Shown here: piece by piece, positions 37,850 to 50,040 of the stretch | Position numbering within the stretch: the first letter of the stretch is position 1 | Layout of the letters: each line of letters opens with the position of its first letter | From: Patellaria atrata CBS 101060 | Taxonomy: Eukaryota | Reading direction: 5' to 3' | Assembly: GCA_010093705.1 (NCBI GenBank) | Contig: MU006089.1 | Span: forward strand, 3,250,061-3,314,060 | DNA length: 64,000 bases | Made by a program: the position numbers and the translations under genes | Notes under the pieces: model-generated | Databases searched by the model: none | Told to the model about the DNA's origin: nothing | The model's input: the letters and a program-made list of their open reading frames with translations, nothing else

Positions 37850-39581
37850 GTTTTCGTGTTTAGGAAAGTCAATTATTGAAGATCTCACGGCCGAGATGCC
37901 AATACATATAGTGAGGCCATTCCTTCTATGAGGGGACCCACAAACCGAGTACCCATTATTTATCGCCATTCGCGTCAGATAACTCCGCCTGCTTGTTCTG
38001 ACTATCGAATGAGGGCTTGACAACAGGTTGAACTCAAAGTATTAGTCGGGTGCAGGAGTACGTAGTACCCGGCACTAATCTTGGTACAATGTTCTCATGC
38101 AACCAGACATGGTGTGCCGGTAGTCTCCCCGTAGCTTACGGCTTCCCGACTGTTGAGCCTCTTGCTTACTGCCTTCGGGCCGGATATACATATATAATTA
38201 CACGGCGACTTGATATATAGTGAGGAACCGCTCTTGAAGGTGAGAAACATGAATCGTAAGAGAAAAGGATGGCGTATGACGGAAGACAGAGACATTCTCA
38301 AGGTAAAAAGAAAAAATTCCCACATGCTGCAGCTGCATACAACGTACATGGAGGTATCCCAGGCCGCTTGATTGAGAACTAGCTTGAACTAAAATTTACT
38401 GATAATCAGTGTATCCGGCCTGAAGCTACACAAGCCATAGGGTCGGTTCGTATACATGGGTAACTCATGAAGGGTGGGCAAATCCAAAGCACTGTTTAGA
38501 TGAAATTTTGTTGCTCCAAAGAGTTAGATGCTCCAATTGGTACGATGCTGTCGTTGTCCGAATTACCCGTTATGGATCTGATGTACACTTTGATCCATTA
38601 ACCGCACATTGTCACAGGATGACATGGTCAAAGTCAGTATGTTCCCCGCTTTCACATTGACATAGCTATCAACGGCCCGATGACTCAAGGAAGACAGCAT
38701 GATCCTCTTCAGGGCCCGATTTCATCAGAGGTCTTCATGATACGAACGGAGACACTAAGAAAATTTCGGCAAGTGTATCGATTGGACACCTACGAGTCAG
38801 GGGTCAAACGTGTGAAGCCGACCGCTGTGGCCAGTACGTAGCCGGCCGATAGTAAGAGTCACGAGCGAATTAAAAGTTGACCTGGTGCATTTTGATAAAC
38901 AGCAGGTGACCAGGCATTCCACAACTAGAGGCTGTTTAGACTGTCAACAGCTAGCCGATCCGAAAGAAGTATGTGGCAGCGGTTAAGAGAGGTCTGATAG
39001 GTTTCCCGCTGCCCGAGATAGCGGTCTACGGAGTCCTGCTCGATGCACGATACTACCCGCCTACTGCTTAAGCGGGATCTCCAAGCTACCACACTGTGTA
39101 ACCAAAGAAATGATATTAGAGTAAAGTAAGATAGCTCACTCTGCTGAGCGCGTTTACTGCCCTAACCCGCTCACCGACCGTCCTGTATCATCGGAACGAT
39201 AAATGTAGTCAAATTGGGGGCCTGAGCTTTCGAGCCGAAAACAACTTCCCTTCGGCAAGCTCTATGTAACCAACCAAGACTATTGCAAGCAGGTCCGTAA
39301 TAACTGTAAGTGCGTGGGTAGTCAGTCTACAGTAGAAGGCCTAGATCAGACAAGAGCGTCCGTTAGATTTTAATCATAGCAATCATGAATGAAGCAACGG
39401 ACTCGGTTTCCGGAAAGAGATTTTCCGGACCGAAATCTTGGCATGTGGGAGTCCTCCCCACCAAGTGTAGTTTTACTTCCATTTGTTAATTCAGCTTCCA
39501 TATCTTTTTGCAACATCAGTTTAGGAGCACAGTTCCCATTATCCCGTTCCAACTCCAGCTAGATAGAGATCAATTCCTATT

Positions 39582-40503
39582 ATGGCTCATCACGCACGGA
39601 TTGAAGAGGTCTCTGACAGTGATAGTGACCCTGATGTCATGGATCCCGCAGACTTCGACCCAGGCCATTACTCAAACAGCATCATATCCCCTACTAACAT
39701 TCCATCTACCTCGAATGCGCCTTCCGAGCCTATGCTACAGCCGACTATCAGATCAGAAGGTCAACAAAATGCCGACCGTGAACGTTCAAAGAATTGGCAG
39801 GCTGTTTACCCATGTTACTTCGACAACACCCGTTCAAGAATAGAGGGGCGACGAGTCAAGCAAAATGAGGCTATAGCGAACCCATTAGCTCGAGAAATTG
39901 TTGACGCTGTACAAAGTCTTGGTTTAGTCCCCATTTTTGAGCCGGGAAAGACACATCCAAAGGATTGGAGCAACCCAGGCCGTGTGCGGGTTCAGATTAA
40001 GAAAGAGGGACGACCCGTCACCCGTAATATCAAGAATAGTAGGTCAATACAGATGAACTGCTCCTCTATGTCCTAAGATTTACTATGCGGTCGTATTGCT
40101 CGTTTGTTTGCTCCTATATCACCATGTTTTCAAGCGGCTTATTACATGAATGATCATTGTGCATATTGTGACTCTCCACCAACCGACTAACAACACGTCA
40201 GAACACCATCTTTATAAATTGATAGCTGCATATCTTCAATCACATCCCACCAATCCCTCTACGCCTCTTCGCCTCCGGGTTGCAGGTCTACCCCCGCCAA
40301 AAGAACCCAACCCCCCACCTGCGGTTCCGCGTGGCTGGAAGATTGGCACTATTTTACCATTGCACTCTCCAGCGCTGAGTGGTGGTGGCGTAAGCGATAA
40401 CATTCTCAAAGACATGATGGCAGAAATGCAGGGTCAGTTACCAGAAGGCAGCGGAAGTGCTGAAGCCAGGAAGAAAAAGGAGAAAAAGAAGGTTAAAGGG
40501 TGA
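39582..40503 (+). CDS. SEC65: Signal recognition particle 19-kDa subunit (Sec65)
   Basis: Exons 39582-40038 and 40202-40503. Motifs VYPCYFD…EGRRV, EPGKTHPKDWSNPGRVRV, KNKHHLY, LPLHSPAL. Confidence 0.93.
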
Positions 40504-41876
40504 GGAATAGCTGCTAGAGAAGGTATTACCTACCAGATTGAGAAAAAGAATTTAAACTTTAGATACGTCTCCGACCTGATGCAATAGCAATCACCGTCGA
40601 AGCCACGATATGCCGAATGAAGATGGTACGCGAGCGCCAAATGCAGGCGGCCCGAAGCGTAGCGGCATGCACATCTATTAGCAGAATGGATCGCTATGGG
40701 AAGGACTCTACGGTGGTTCACGTGAACACATGTTCTGTAGATCTACTTCTGTGGGTGTAGGGTTCCACTATAGCAACAATAGGAACAGATCTTAGCACGA
40801 GGAGGTAACCTTACTGGGTTTCCTTTAGCGAGCTGTAATCGAGTTCTACCCTATCAGATCATTATAAGTTGCGACCGAATCAGCTTCTTCACGCAGCTGG
40901 CATAAGCCGTGCAACATGGGGTGGACACTGCTTTGTCCATGCATTAGGTTACACCTGCATCATAAAGTACTGCGCAAGTCTCAGCTTCCCCTTTCCACTA
41001 GAACAACTCACAGTTTGGTTCATTATGTACGTCATCAGTCTCGGCGTATCAGATATATTCTCGAATTTCTTGCCTGACGTAGCCGGCTCTGCTGTTACCG
41101 ACCCTGAGTTAAAGCAGGCAACATGAATATACCTGGGTCCTTGATTGGAACCAGCATTTTGCCTTAATTTAACATGGTATCTCATACTCGACGCTGTTTC
41201 CCCTCGGGGGGGCGATATACAATAACACGAGGAAATTCTATGCGGCAATCATCAACAAGCGATTGAAGATTGTGGGTTTGCATTTGTTTTAGTTCTGGCT
41301 CTCTGTTGAGTTCACTACAGCCCCCTCAATTACCCCTTAAAACTTATCACACCAATATCTAATGGTTCACCGTCCCAAGTGAATTATATCCCGAACTTTT
41401 ACGTTCTGAAATAACTCACATATGCGAATAAATTTTTCATCATCATCCCGCACCTCTCGAGGTCTTTCTATAAGACCAGATGTACATGACTAGAAGTAGA
41501 ATCGCGGAGAACGAAAACATGTTCTACCTATCCAATTTCTCAAAACCTGAGACAACACATCGAAGGATATTCATGTTTATATTACTCGACTCCCCCTCAC
41601 AAGTACCATGTATATAAAAACCTAACACAACAACAAAGACCCACTACTATTAGTAATTGCTTCTCACAAACAACACCCCCTTACTGTCCCCACTACCATC
41701 AATCCTCGCACCACGTCTCCCCACAACATCGAACCACCACCCCTTTATCCAACAACAACAACAGCAGCAAAAAAGAGAAACCAGAAAAAGAAGAGAGAGA
41801 ATCCAATAATACGACTCGTCCCTCCGTATTTCCCTCAGGGGCACAATCCTGAGACCCCCCTCCCCATTCTGGCCTT

Positions 41877-41973
41877 TGGCAAGGCCGGGAATCTAACCCG
41901 TGGCGCCGGGGAGACCACAACACTTGGGTGGCATGATGCGAACCTGGGGCTCATACCACTTGACCACCGTGTG
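41877..41973 (-). pseudogene. Degenerate tRNA-like element (pseudo-tRNA or SINE-head remnant)
   Basis: The minus strand has an A-box TGGTCAAGTGG and a B-box-like GGTTAGATTCC inside a cggg/cccg stem, followed by ccttgccA. All four stems pair imperfectly, the C56 equivalent is A, and there is no oligo-T terminator. Confidence 0.4.
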
Positions 41974-43642
41974 GATTTATATGTTCAGTGTTTCCGCCAA
42001 AGTGATATATAAAACATTGGCCTTGTTTGGGTTTTTGGTAGGCGAGGTGAGATGAACGGAGTGCAAACGTTCTACGTCACCAAAGCTGTTCCCAGTCTGT
42101 AAATGCACGAAACGATCTCACCACCCCAAGCATTTGTCTGCCTTCACTACACCTACCAGTATGGGAGTATGAGGAGGAAAGTTAAATCCTCCTGCAACCC
42201 TGTTGAGCAACTGACTGAAGAACTTATTTCCGCCTTTGAAAGGGGGACAGGGGGGAAATATTGGGATAGACTTCACGGTTGGTGTAGTGGGATCTGGGAC
42301 ACACTTTAGGGGATGTGGTGTGAGATCGATACAAGAATAGCTGACAATGGGCTCTGGCGATAAATCTATCCCCCATCCCCAATTTCCTCAACCCCCCAAT
42401 CCTAAGACGCTCGTAACCTCCAATTGCTCAATACCCCGACTCGAACGTCCGATCGGCTTGACGCACTTCACCAATACCTGAATCTCACCAAAATCTCATC
42501 CGAACCTCATAACCAAACTAGCACTTCTAGGTCACATGGAATAACTCTTTCAGCCATCGTACACCAACAACCCACCAACTAGACCATCCATCTAACATCA
42601 AAACCTCAAGCCCAAAACCCTCCATCCTTTCCGGGACCGGGGTAACTAGATGACCGGGCCGAGAGGCGGGCCTCTCCACCTCGGCTCGGAAATTACAATA
42701 TAGCACTGGCTGTGCTGGGTGAACAATCCGAGACGGCGCAGGACGGCGGTAGTCGTATGGTAGTATGATATATGCTCGTACCTTATGGAAAGTACCTGGC
42801 TTTTTCTTTTTCTTCCTTTGTGTTCGGGGTTAAGGTTCCGATAGGGATTAGGGAACAAAGGCCGACGTTAAGTGTTGTGGATATATTTCACATGTACTTT
42901 TCTCGTCTCGATGCGATACTCCTTTCCTCGGGGAGCTTCACTAGTTCCGAGCTCAACAACATACCTACCTTAACATCTTCTTTACCTATAACTACTTTAT
43001 ATCATGCGGGGATGGCCTGTCAAGATCTCTACAACCTAGTCGGGCCCTGGCTCCTATGAAATTATAGCCATCAAGGTACTCAATTTACAAGCTTTCCGAA
43101 AGCAGGAAATAACTCTCTTTCACTGCTCAAGTAGCGATCCACATTAGGATCACAGGAGTTATATATTTGAAATCGTACAAATCCCTCATGTCATTTCTAT
43201 GCTACATATCGGGCAGTAAAACAGACAGATGAGAGAGTAAAAACGCCGTACAATGCGACTGGAAAAAGAAAGGGTATGGTGTCTAGAATCGAAAGTATGT
43301 CCAGCATGCAAATGATCGTGTATGCGTCAGTGGCCTCTCCCCTTCATACCTCGTGTCTATTCGTGATGGCTGTCATTCGAAACCGTAGAGGACCCCTAAA
43401 ACCTCCTTCCCCGGTAAGCGATTGTAGAGTTAGGGCTGATAGTACCTAAAGAAAAAGAAAAAGATTAGAAAAGGAGAAAAACACCGGAATATGGGTTGTG
43501 GGAGGAATGGAGAGTAGGACAAGAACAATTTCTTGAAAAAGAAGAAAAGTTCCAGGCCCAAGGAGGTTTCCAAGCGTGAACGAGTCGAGCTTAGGTTGGA
43601 GCGATTAGGAAGGGGAGGGGGGGAGTTGGCTCTTGCGAGCTT

Positions 43643-45082
43643 TTAGACCGTACCAGGTTGTTGTGCGAAACCAATTCTTGGTGGAGTTGTTCCGACATCG
43701 TGGACCACATATTGAGACTTCAGGAAGATATCACCTAGAATCGAAAATCCAATACCCTCGTCACTCTGAAGTCCACCGAAGCAAGTTGTCTCAGCCTCAT
43801 CGATAGGTGCATAGTTGATGTAGGATCCAGGAGTGGTCCGCTTCTGACCAGCGATGGTAAGAGAGAAAGAGGGCATTTCTGCTGCGCAGGGATGGGTATA
43901 ACCTCCATAATCACCGTTATACTGCGCTCCGGGGACTTTGCTATAATAATCTCTGATGATAGCAGTTGGAAGATATGCAAGCGAAGTGCCTGTATCGGCA
44001 ATGGCATCAATGTTGGCCTGGACAGCACTTCCATTGCCAATGGAGTAAGCCGTTGGCGTGAACTCCCAGAAGCCATTTGTGGTGATCACATCAGCATAGG
44101 CAATGGAGCCTACGTATTTTGATTCGTCAATGTAACCAAAGTCATAGGTTCCAGGGGCACCTTTCTTCAGAGTCACAGCAAAGAGAGGTGCAGCAAGTTC
44201 TTCCCTTACTGTGTCGAAGAACGTGGTCTCTCGATTCGGCCGGACAGTATTGAGAACACTAAAGGACAGACCGAGTAGTCCATCATTGTCCACATCTTGT
44301 TGGAATTGGGCTGAGACAGAGGTTGCGGCCTCAACAGCTTGTGAAGTTGCTGTGATACCACCAACGACAACTTTGTCTGCATAGACAGTGCCACGAGCGC
44401 CGCTACCATCACCGTATTGGATTCTCCAGGTTTGTCCCTCCTTCTTCACGGCGGTGGTTGACTGAGAAGGATCATAGATTGCATGACCAGATTGCTGAGC
44501 TGTGGGTAACAAGGATGAGAATACCCAGCTGGAAAGAATTAGCAACAAGAACTGACGATATTATAGACTACTTAAAGTGAAAATAGATAATGCTGAGTAT
44601 CGAGGGCTTGTCATAGAAGTCAAGATGCCCAGTAAATAAATGATGTGGTAAGAGATACCCCGGTATACAAGTACCGACACGTTGGTATCATGCAGGGTCT
44701 GGGATGCTAGAATGATGCAATTGATTCGGAAAATGATAAGAATCACTCACAGGTCAGCAGAGCCAGTATCGAAATCAAGCTCTAGTATTTTGCCGCCGAT
44801 CTCAACGGGAGAGAGATAATAAATATCGAACTGGCCGGGAATAGCTGCGACGCTTCCTGTGACCGAGGCTTCTGCAGCAACGCGAGCTGCAGATGGTGGC
44901 TCTTTACCATATTTGGCAAAGGTTTTCGCAACTTCTCGAGGGCCGTTCTTGTAATAACCCCTCTCGGCTGTTTGGGCAATGGAGAACGTCTTTCTCTTTT
45001 GTAATTCTTCAATCTTGACAGGCGTGGCAATAACAGCACCCAGGGCAGCCGTAAAGGTTACCAAAGAACGAAGGGAAGGCAT
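43643..45082 (-). CDS. Secreted pepsin-family aspartic protease (aspergillopepsin/endothiapepsin-like)
   Basis: Signal peptide MPSLRSLVTFTAALGAVIA, a propeptide, catalytic DFDTGSADL|W and IADTGT, IQYGDGS, ILGDIFLKSQYVV. One intron of about 220 nt. Confidence 0.95.
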
Positions 45083-45240
45083 GATAGTGATTCTGACAAG
45101 GTGAAATATAGGAGCAAGTAAAGAGTGACTTCAAAAGGCAAGATGAGACTCTTTACCTTCAGGTTTCCTCAAGATCGAGTGAGGTCAAGAGGTTGAGGAG
45201 TCGGCTGCCGTCTCTCGTCGATATGAAAGTTATGCTTGTC

Positions 45241-46060
45241 TTTTATATTTCTCCACCCCCGAAAAAAGGAGCGTTCGTAGAGGGAAGGCACGATCGACGT
45301 GATAGGATCAACAAAAGAGGCAATAATGTTTCTGTCCAGTAAGAGGGTCGTTCAGAAACAGGACCCGTACCTTACGCATTATGCACTGGGTCAAGGTACT
45401 TTGGAGTTTCTATCATGGCCAAGAATACCTTCCAGTTTAGGATCCTCCCGACATAGCAGCCCTGTATATCTAGCTGATGGGATGAGAAAGTTCATGCAAC
45501 CACAAACGGCGTTTCCTGAGGGTCAAACATTTTGTAAACCAGGCAACTTTCGGCCGCGGAGTCCATCATTACTTGCACGGTCCCTTAAAACATGCTACAT
45601 AAGGACAAGTAGGCGTAGCATTGTGGGCGTCTTGACAGATTGAAACTGCCGTCTGTTTCAGCATGAGCGGCGCTGTATACAACGAGAACGAATCGCTTAT
45701 TTCCGATGAGTAGCTTGAGCTTGGTAGATGTGCGAGTATTGTTCGCGTGATTATATGATAAAAGCTGACGTGCGGCTGATTGGAGCCATTTAGATTAGTT
45801 CTAAAACATACTGGAGATCTAGGGATATGTTTGGTTAGATGTTGAATGTTTTAAGACGAGTTCAGCGAAGATGCCGATATAACAGGGGCATTATCAAGCT
45901 TCCTCTTTGACCTTGGCAACGTCGATCCTACTTAGACGCATGTCACATCCCACGAATTGAGATAGAGAAAGTATGTGGGGTTAAGGTTATCAGTAGGGAT
46001 AGTAATAGCGCCAAGATAAGGTTGATGTTATTGATAAAGACTTTGAAATGGACTGATAAG
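45241..46060. promoter_or_regulatory. Protease upstream region with TATA, PacC-like and GATA (AreA-like) sites
   Basis: TATAAAA on the minus strand at about 45241-45247. GCCAAG at 45418 and 46010, CTTGGC at 45912. HGATAR/YTATCD at about 45756, 45891, 45960, 45987, 46014, 46032, 46054. Confidence 0.4.
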
Positions 46061-47463
46061 TTTGTTTAGGAACGAAATTTAGAAGTAATCTACATCCTAT
46101 ACCAGGATGCCCGTACAAATGGAAACAGCCCAACTTGGATGCGTCATTACGAGGTGGAACTAACGAGGCTGATGTACAAGCAAAGCCTAGTTAATACAAC
46201 CTTGAATGGATCAAATCTTGCATTGACGAGGGAAGCGCGGAGAGTCGCATTGAATGGCATACAAAATAGTGGCGACGGGGCGATGAAGTGTAACACCAAT
46301 GAGTGTTCAGAACGTTCATTGTTGGTGGAATAGAGCAAACAAAAGTCGCCTCTCGTCTTTGTCGGAGATACCTTTTAATGTCATGGTAAGGTCCTCACAT
46401 ACGGAGGTACTTCTAGTTCTTCAGTTAGTCAAGGAGTCTTGGATTTCTGAAGCGTGACATACTGTTTATGCCGCTCCGCGTTACGTTGTCTGAATCGACA
46501 ATGTAGCACGGAGTAGCCGTTCAATGACGCGGGGTGGTTCAAGACGTTAGCGAATCGAAATCTACTTTTCGTGATACCTTCACGACACCACGTACGCGAT
46601 GTATAGTGGCGCTTAGAACTATTTCCTTCATTATATACTTGAGCCAACCGCTTTGCAGAAGGATAGAGGTTCGAGAAGAATAGGGGACGTCGAAATCCGG
46701 TGTACGCTAGGCATGGCAACCTTCTTTTTCAGGCGTCTTTGGCGAAGCGCCTTTACCACTAGCTCACCGTACCTGCATTACGCAAGATCTAAACCAGACT
46801 GTTTGATCCAACAAGCCGCAATCCAAGAGATCTAACAGCAAGCCACGATAGCTTAGGGCTTCCAAAGGACAACATGACTGCATAACGTATCCCCAATAAC
46901 ACTCCTTACTTTTGGTTTGCTTCGTAATGAATAGTACCTGCCCTTGCGTAACTAAAACCGGGTCTGCGTAACATATTGAGGAATATATACGGTGGTGATA
47001 ATGTGATTCGAAGGCGACTACTAAAAGGGGAAAGACCCGACGTTACCTAGACAATCGAACTTCTTCGTACAACAGTGTTACCGGAGGGGAGAAAAAGGTC
47101 CAGGTCTACGGAAATAACGCGCTGTCCGAGCACCTGCAGCTTGATAGACATGCATCAACGAACACTGCCGTGGCTGACACGCGGTATGTAAATGAGATAT
47201 CGGGTTGTTTGTCTACTGGTGTGCCTCTTACCCTGGATCACTCCAACCGTGCACAAAGGAGATGCAGTAAAGAGAGCTTAAATGGAGACGGTAATGTCGT
47301 GTTGCATTGATACTCCTACGCACTGATAAGTAATCCTAGCTAGGCGGCCTAACAAAATGCTCTTCTTATACGATATACTGGCCGCTCCATGCACTTCAGT
47401 GACACTGGATGTGGCATTCTATTTAAGAGCTACGACCATGTCCGGTGTGTGAATAAAAGATCT

Positions 47464-49742
47464 CTAGCTCGCTTCATTACCTTGGACCGCTAGTCGGAGT
47501 TTGTCCAATGCTTCAACGTAAGCATCCTTGCTCTTGTCACTGAGAGAATTGATATCGAACTTTAGTCTTTGGACCTTGCGATCACTGTTCTTGACTTCTG
47601 GAGCACGCGCTATTGCATTCCAGAACCAGCGTGCCTCGACATCCGTAAAGAAGCTCCAAGCATGTCCGTCCCGTCCAGCTCTAGCCGTGCGGCCGACCCG
47701 ATGGACGTAGTCTGTTAGACTTTTTGGAATATCGTAATTGACGATATGGGCGAGGTTAGGCACATCAAGACCTCTCGATGCCCGATCCGACGCAATGACT
47801 ATCAAGATTTCACCATTCTTGAAAGACCGGAGGAGTTTGCGACGGTAAGCGGAGGATTTTGTTAGCGCTCCAGTGATCTTTGAATATGGTGCGTGTAGGG
47901 TTGAGAGAAGATGACATAACCGCGAAGCGTTCTCGTTGCTATTAGTGAATATTAGAACCGACTGTTGTAGAGTACTTTCTGGCTGGCCCTTAGTATGCGT
48001 CAACTGCTTTCCTCTTGTACTCAGTGTATCATCAAAATCCTCGCTTGAAGATGCTGAAGATGATGAACCATCAGAAGAATTTTCCTCCGCAGATGAGTCT
48101 TCAGAATCACTAGAATCGCTAGGTTCAGAAGAACTAGAGCTACTGTCCGAACTTGACTCACTGTCACTGTGAGAGACTTCTTTCTCGGTCGATTTTTGGC
48201 TTTTGCGATTTTCAGAACGTGGCAATATACGAGTTTGTAACAACTTTAGTAGATATAATGGCTTATCACTGCCATCTCCAACAGGGATAGCCCACTCTTT
48301 CAGAGTTGATGGTAAATTCAGAGCTTTTGCTGTAGCACTACCATTGTTCATTTCGCCGGCTGGATTACCGGTTTCTGGTTTATCGGCGGCCTGAACTACG
48401 ACTAAACGTGGTCTATGAAGATTGAGTTTGTTGAGCTTATTCAAGTCGCGAGTCATTGTCGCGCTGAGTACCACCTTCTTGATTCTTGCGTTACCAACGA
48501 TTTGGCTCTGCTTCGGACGAATTGGCTGCGTGGTACTCGAGTCGAACATATCTGATAATGATGGTACGCTATTGATCTCTGTCATTACTATACCGACCCA
48601 CTCTTGGAAACTTTGATTCAGAAGGTTATCAGCTTCATCAATCACAAACCATGAAAGGTCTTTCAAACTAAATCCTGTCGTAGACTGTATATGTTCTACT
48701 AATCGACCAGGGGTGCATATGAGGATATCCACTTTAGACTCATAGGTCGGGACATAACCGGAAAGTTTGTTAATTGAACCCTTGATACTGGAATCTCTTT
48801 CAACTTTTAGCTTACTGATTCGTACTTTTGCTTCCTCTTGGTTTCGATCACAAAAGCTTGGATCATATCGATTCCCCTTTTTGATAAGATGCGCCTGCTC
48901 TATGTTCAAGGGTTGGGTACCAAATGCAGTGCCAATTTTTAATCCTGTTCCCGCTGTAAATGATTCAGCGACTTCTTTTGCCTGCGCAACGAGCTCTCGG
49001 GTCGGAACTACAATCAAACCCCTTATCATCTTGTTCGGGTATTTCGATTTCAAGCTTTCTATCAGAGGAAGTACGTATGCTAGCGTTTTCCCAGACCCTG
49101 TTGTCGCAGAGATGCATAAGTCTCCTTTGTGTTGTTTTGGTCCAGGGAGTAGAAGCGGAAGTACGGCGGATTGAACAGCAAGTGCTTCCTTATAATTTTT
49201 AGAAGACAAGTCATTCAGGAGCTTCTCGCCCAGGCCTAGAGAGTCAAATGGTACTTTCAGGTCGGATTCTACTACGAGAGGCTGAGCAAGCCATAGGGGT
49301 AAGGTGGAAAATGACGGTTTATAGTCTGGCTCTGGAACTTGTTCCGGTTGTGGAAGGGGTGTTAGGTCTGATCACGATTAGATAATGTCTATTAGTATTT
49401 ACTCGGTATCTCACCGTGAAGCTCAAGAGGTTCCTTCTCTTCTTCATCTTTCTCCTTTGAGGTACTGCTCTTGAAACCTTCCAGTGCTTTAGCTCTTTGC
49501 GAGGACTTTTGGTATTTTGCTAGCACTGTCTTGTGTCGTTTTGAAGGAGTATCATCTTCATCCACGACTCCTTCATTTATACTAGCAGCATCTTTCTCCC
49601 TCTTTCGCTTCGGCTTTTTGCTCTTCTTCTCTTTCTCAGGATCCTCCTCAACTTGATCAGTTGTGGGTATAGTTTGCTTTGGGGCCGGCGCAGATGCAGT
49701 TGGCTTAGGAGGAATGTAGCGTGCGTAGAACGGCCCATGCAT
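47464..49742 (-). CDS. DBP6: DEAD-box RNA helicase Dbp6 (60S biogenesis)
   Basis: Exons 49742-49415 and 49367-47464. N-terminal YARYIPP, TGSGKT, PTREL, TPGRL, DEAD, SAT, SDRASRGLD, HRVGRTARAG, with a Ser/acidic insert. Confidence 0.92.
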
Positions 49743-50040
49743 AATTGCTATATTGTGCGTATTGTTTTCAAAATTTATCGGTGGACTTCAACGAAAATGT
49801 TCGTAAATAGTTCTACGCTACCCAAACTTTTCATAAAGCTCAGAATCCCTGTCAATTGCGGGCTTGGCGAACCTCCGAACTTTGGAACTCAAGGATGGGC
49901 TCATGAATGTTCTTCTTTACCATCTCGACTCGAGTGTGAATCAATCAGTAACACGTGAAAACACTGTGATGATCGCCAGATATGTGTTGCAGCAGTATAT
50001 TCGTACACCGCTCGTTTCCTGAGCAACTTACTTCTTCAAG

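Noticed and set aside
39150..39175. ccctaaccc as a telomerase RNA template (also gttagggtt at about 54430 and cctaaccct at about 61934)
   Set aside because: About three such 9-mers are expected by chance in 64 kb. I found no recognisable pseudoknot or CR4/5 domain, and there is too little room before SEC65.
41855..41965. + strand two-hairpin arrangement with AGACCA as an H/ACA snoRNA
   Set aside because: No ACA box after the second hairpin; the minus-strand tRNA-like reading explains the sequence better.
30548..42448. Isolated B-box-like GTTCGAGTC (minus strand) at 30548 and 42438
   Set aside because: No cloverleaf or properly spaced A-box, and the count matches chance expectation.
36060..45082. 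Aminotransferase and protease as part of a biosynthetic cluster
   Set aside because: No PKS, NRPS, terpene synthase, tailoring enzymes or cluster regulator nearby; the neighbours are housekeeping genes.
47940..48210. Ser/acidic insert inside the Dbp6 helicase
   Set aside because: In-frame low-complexity loop with the helicase motifs intact; not evidence of an intein or a novel domain.
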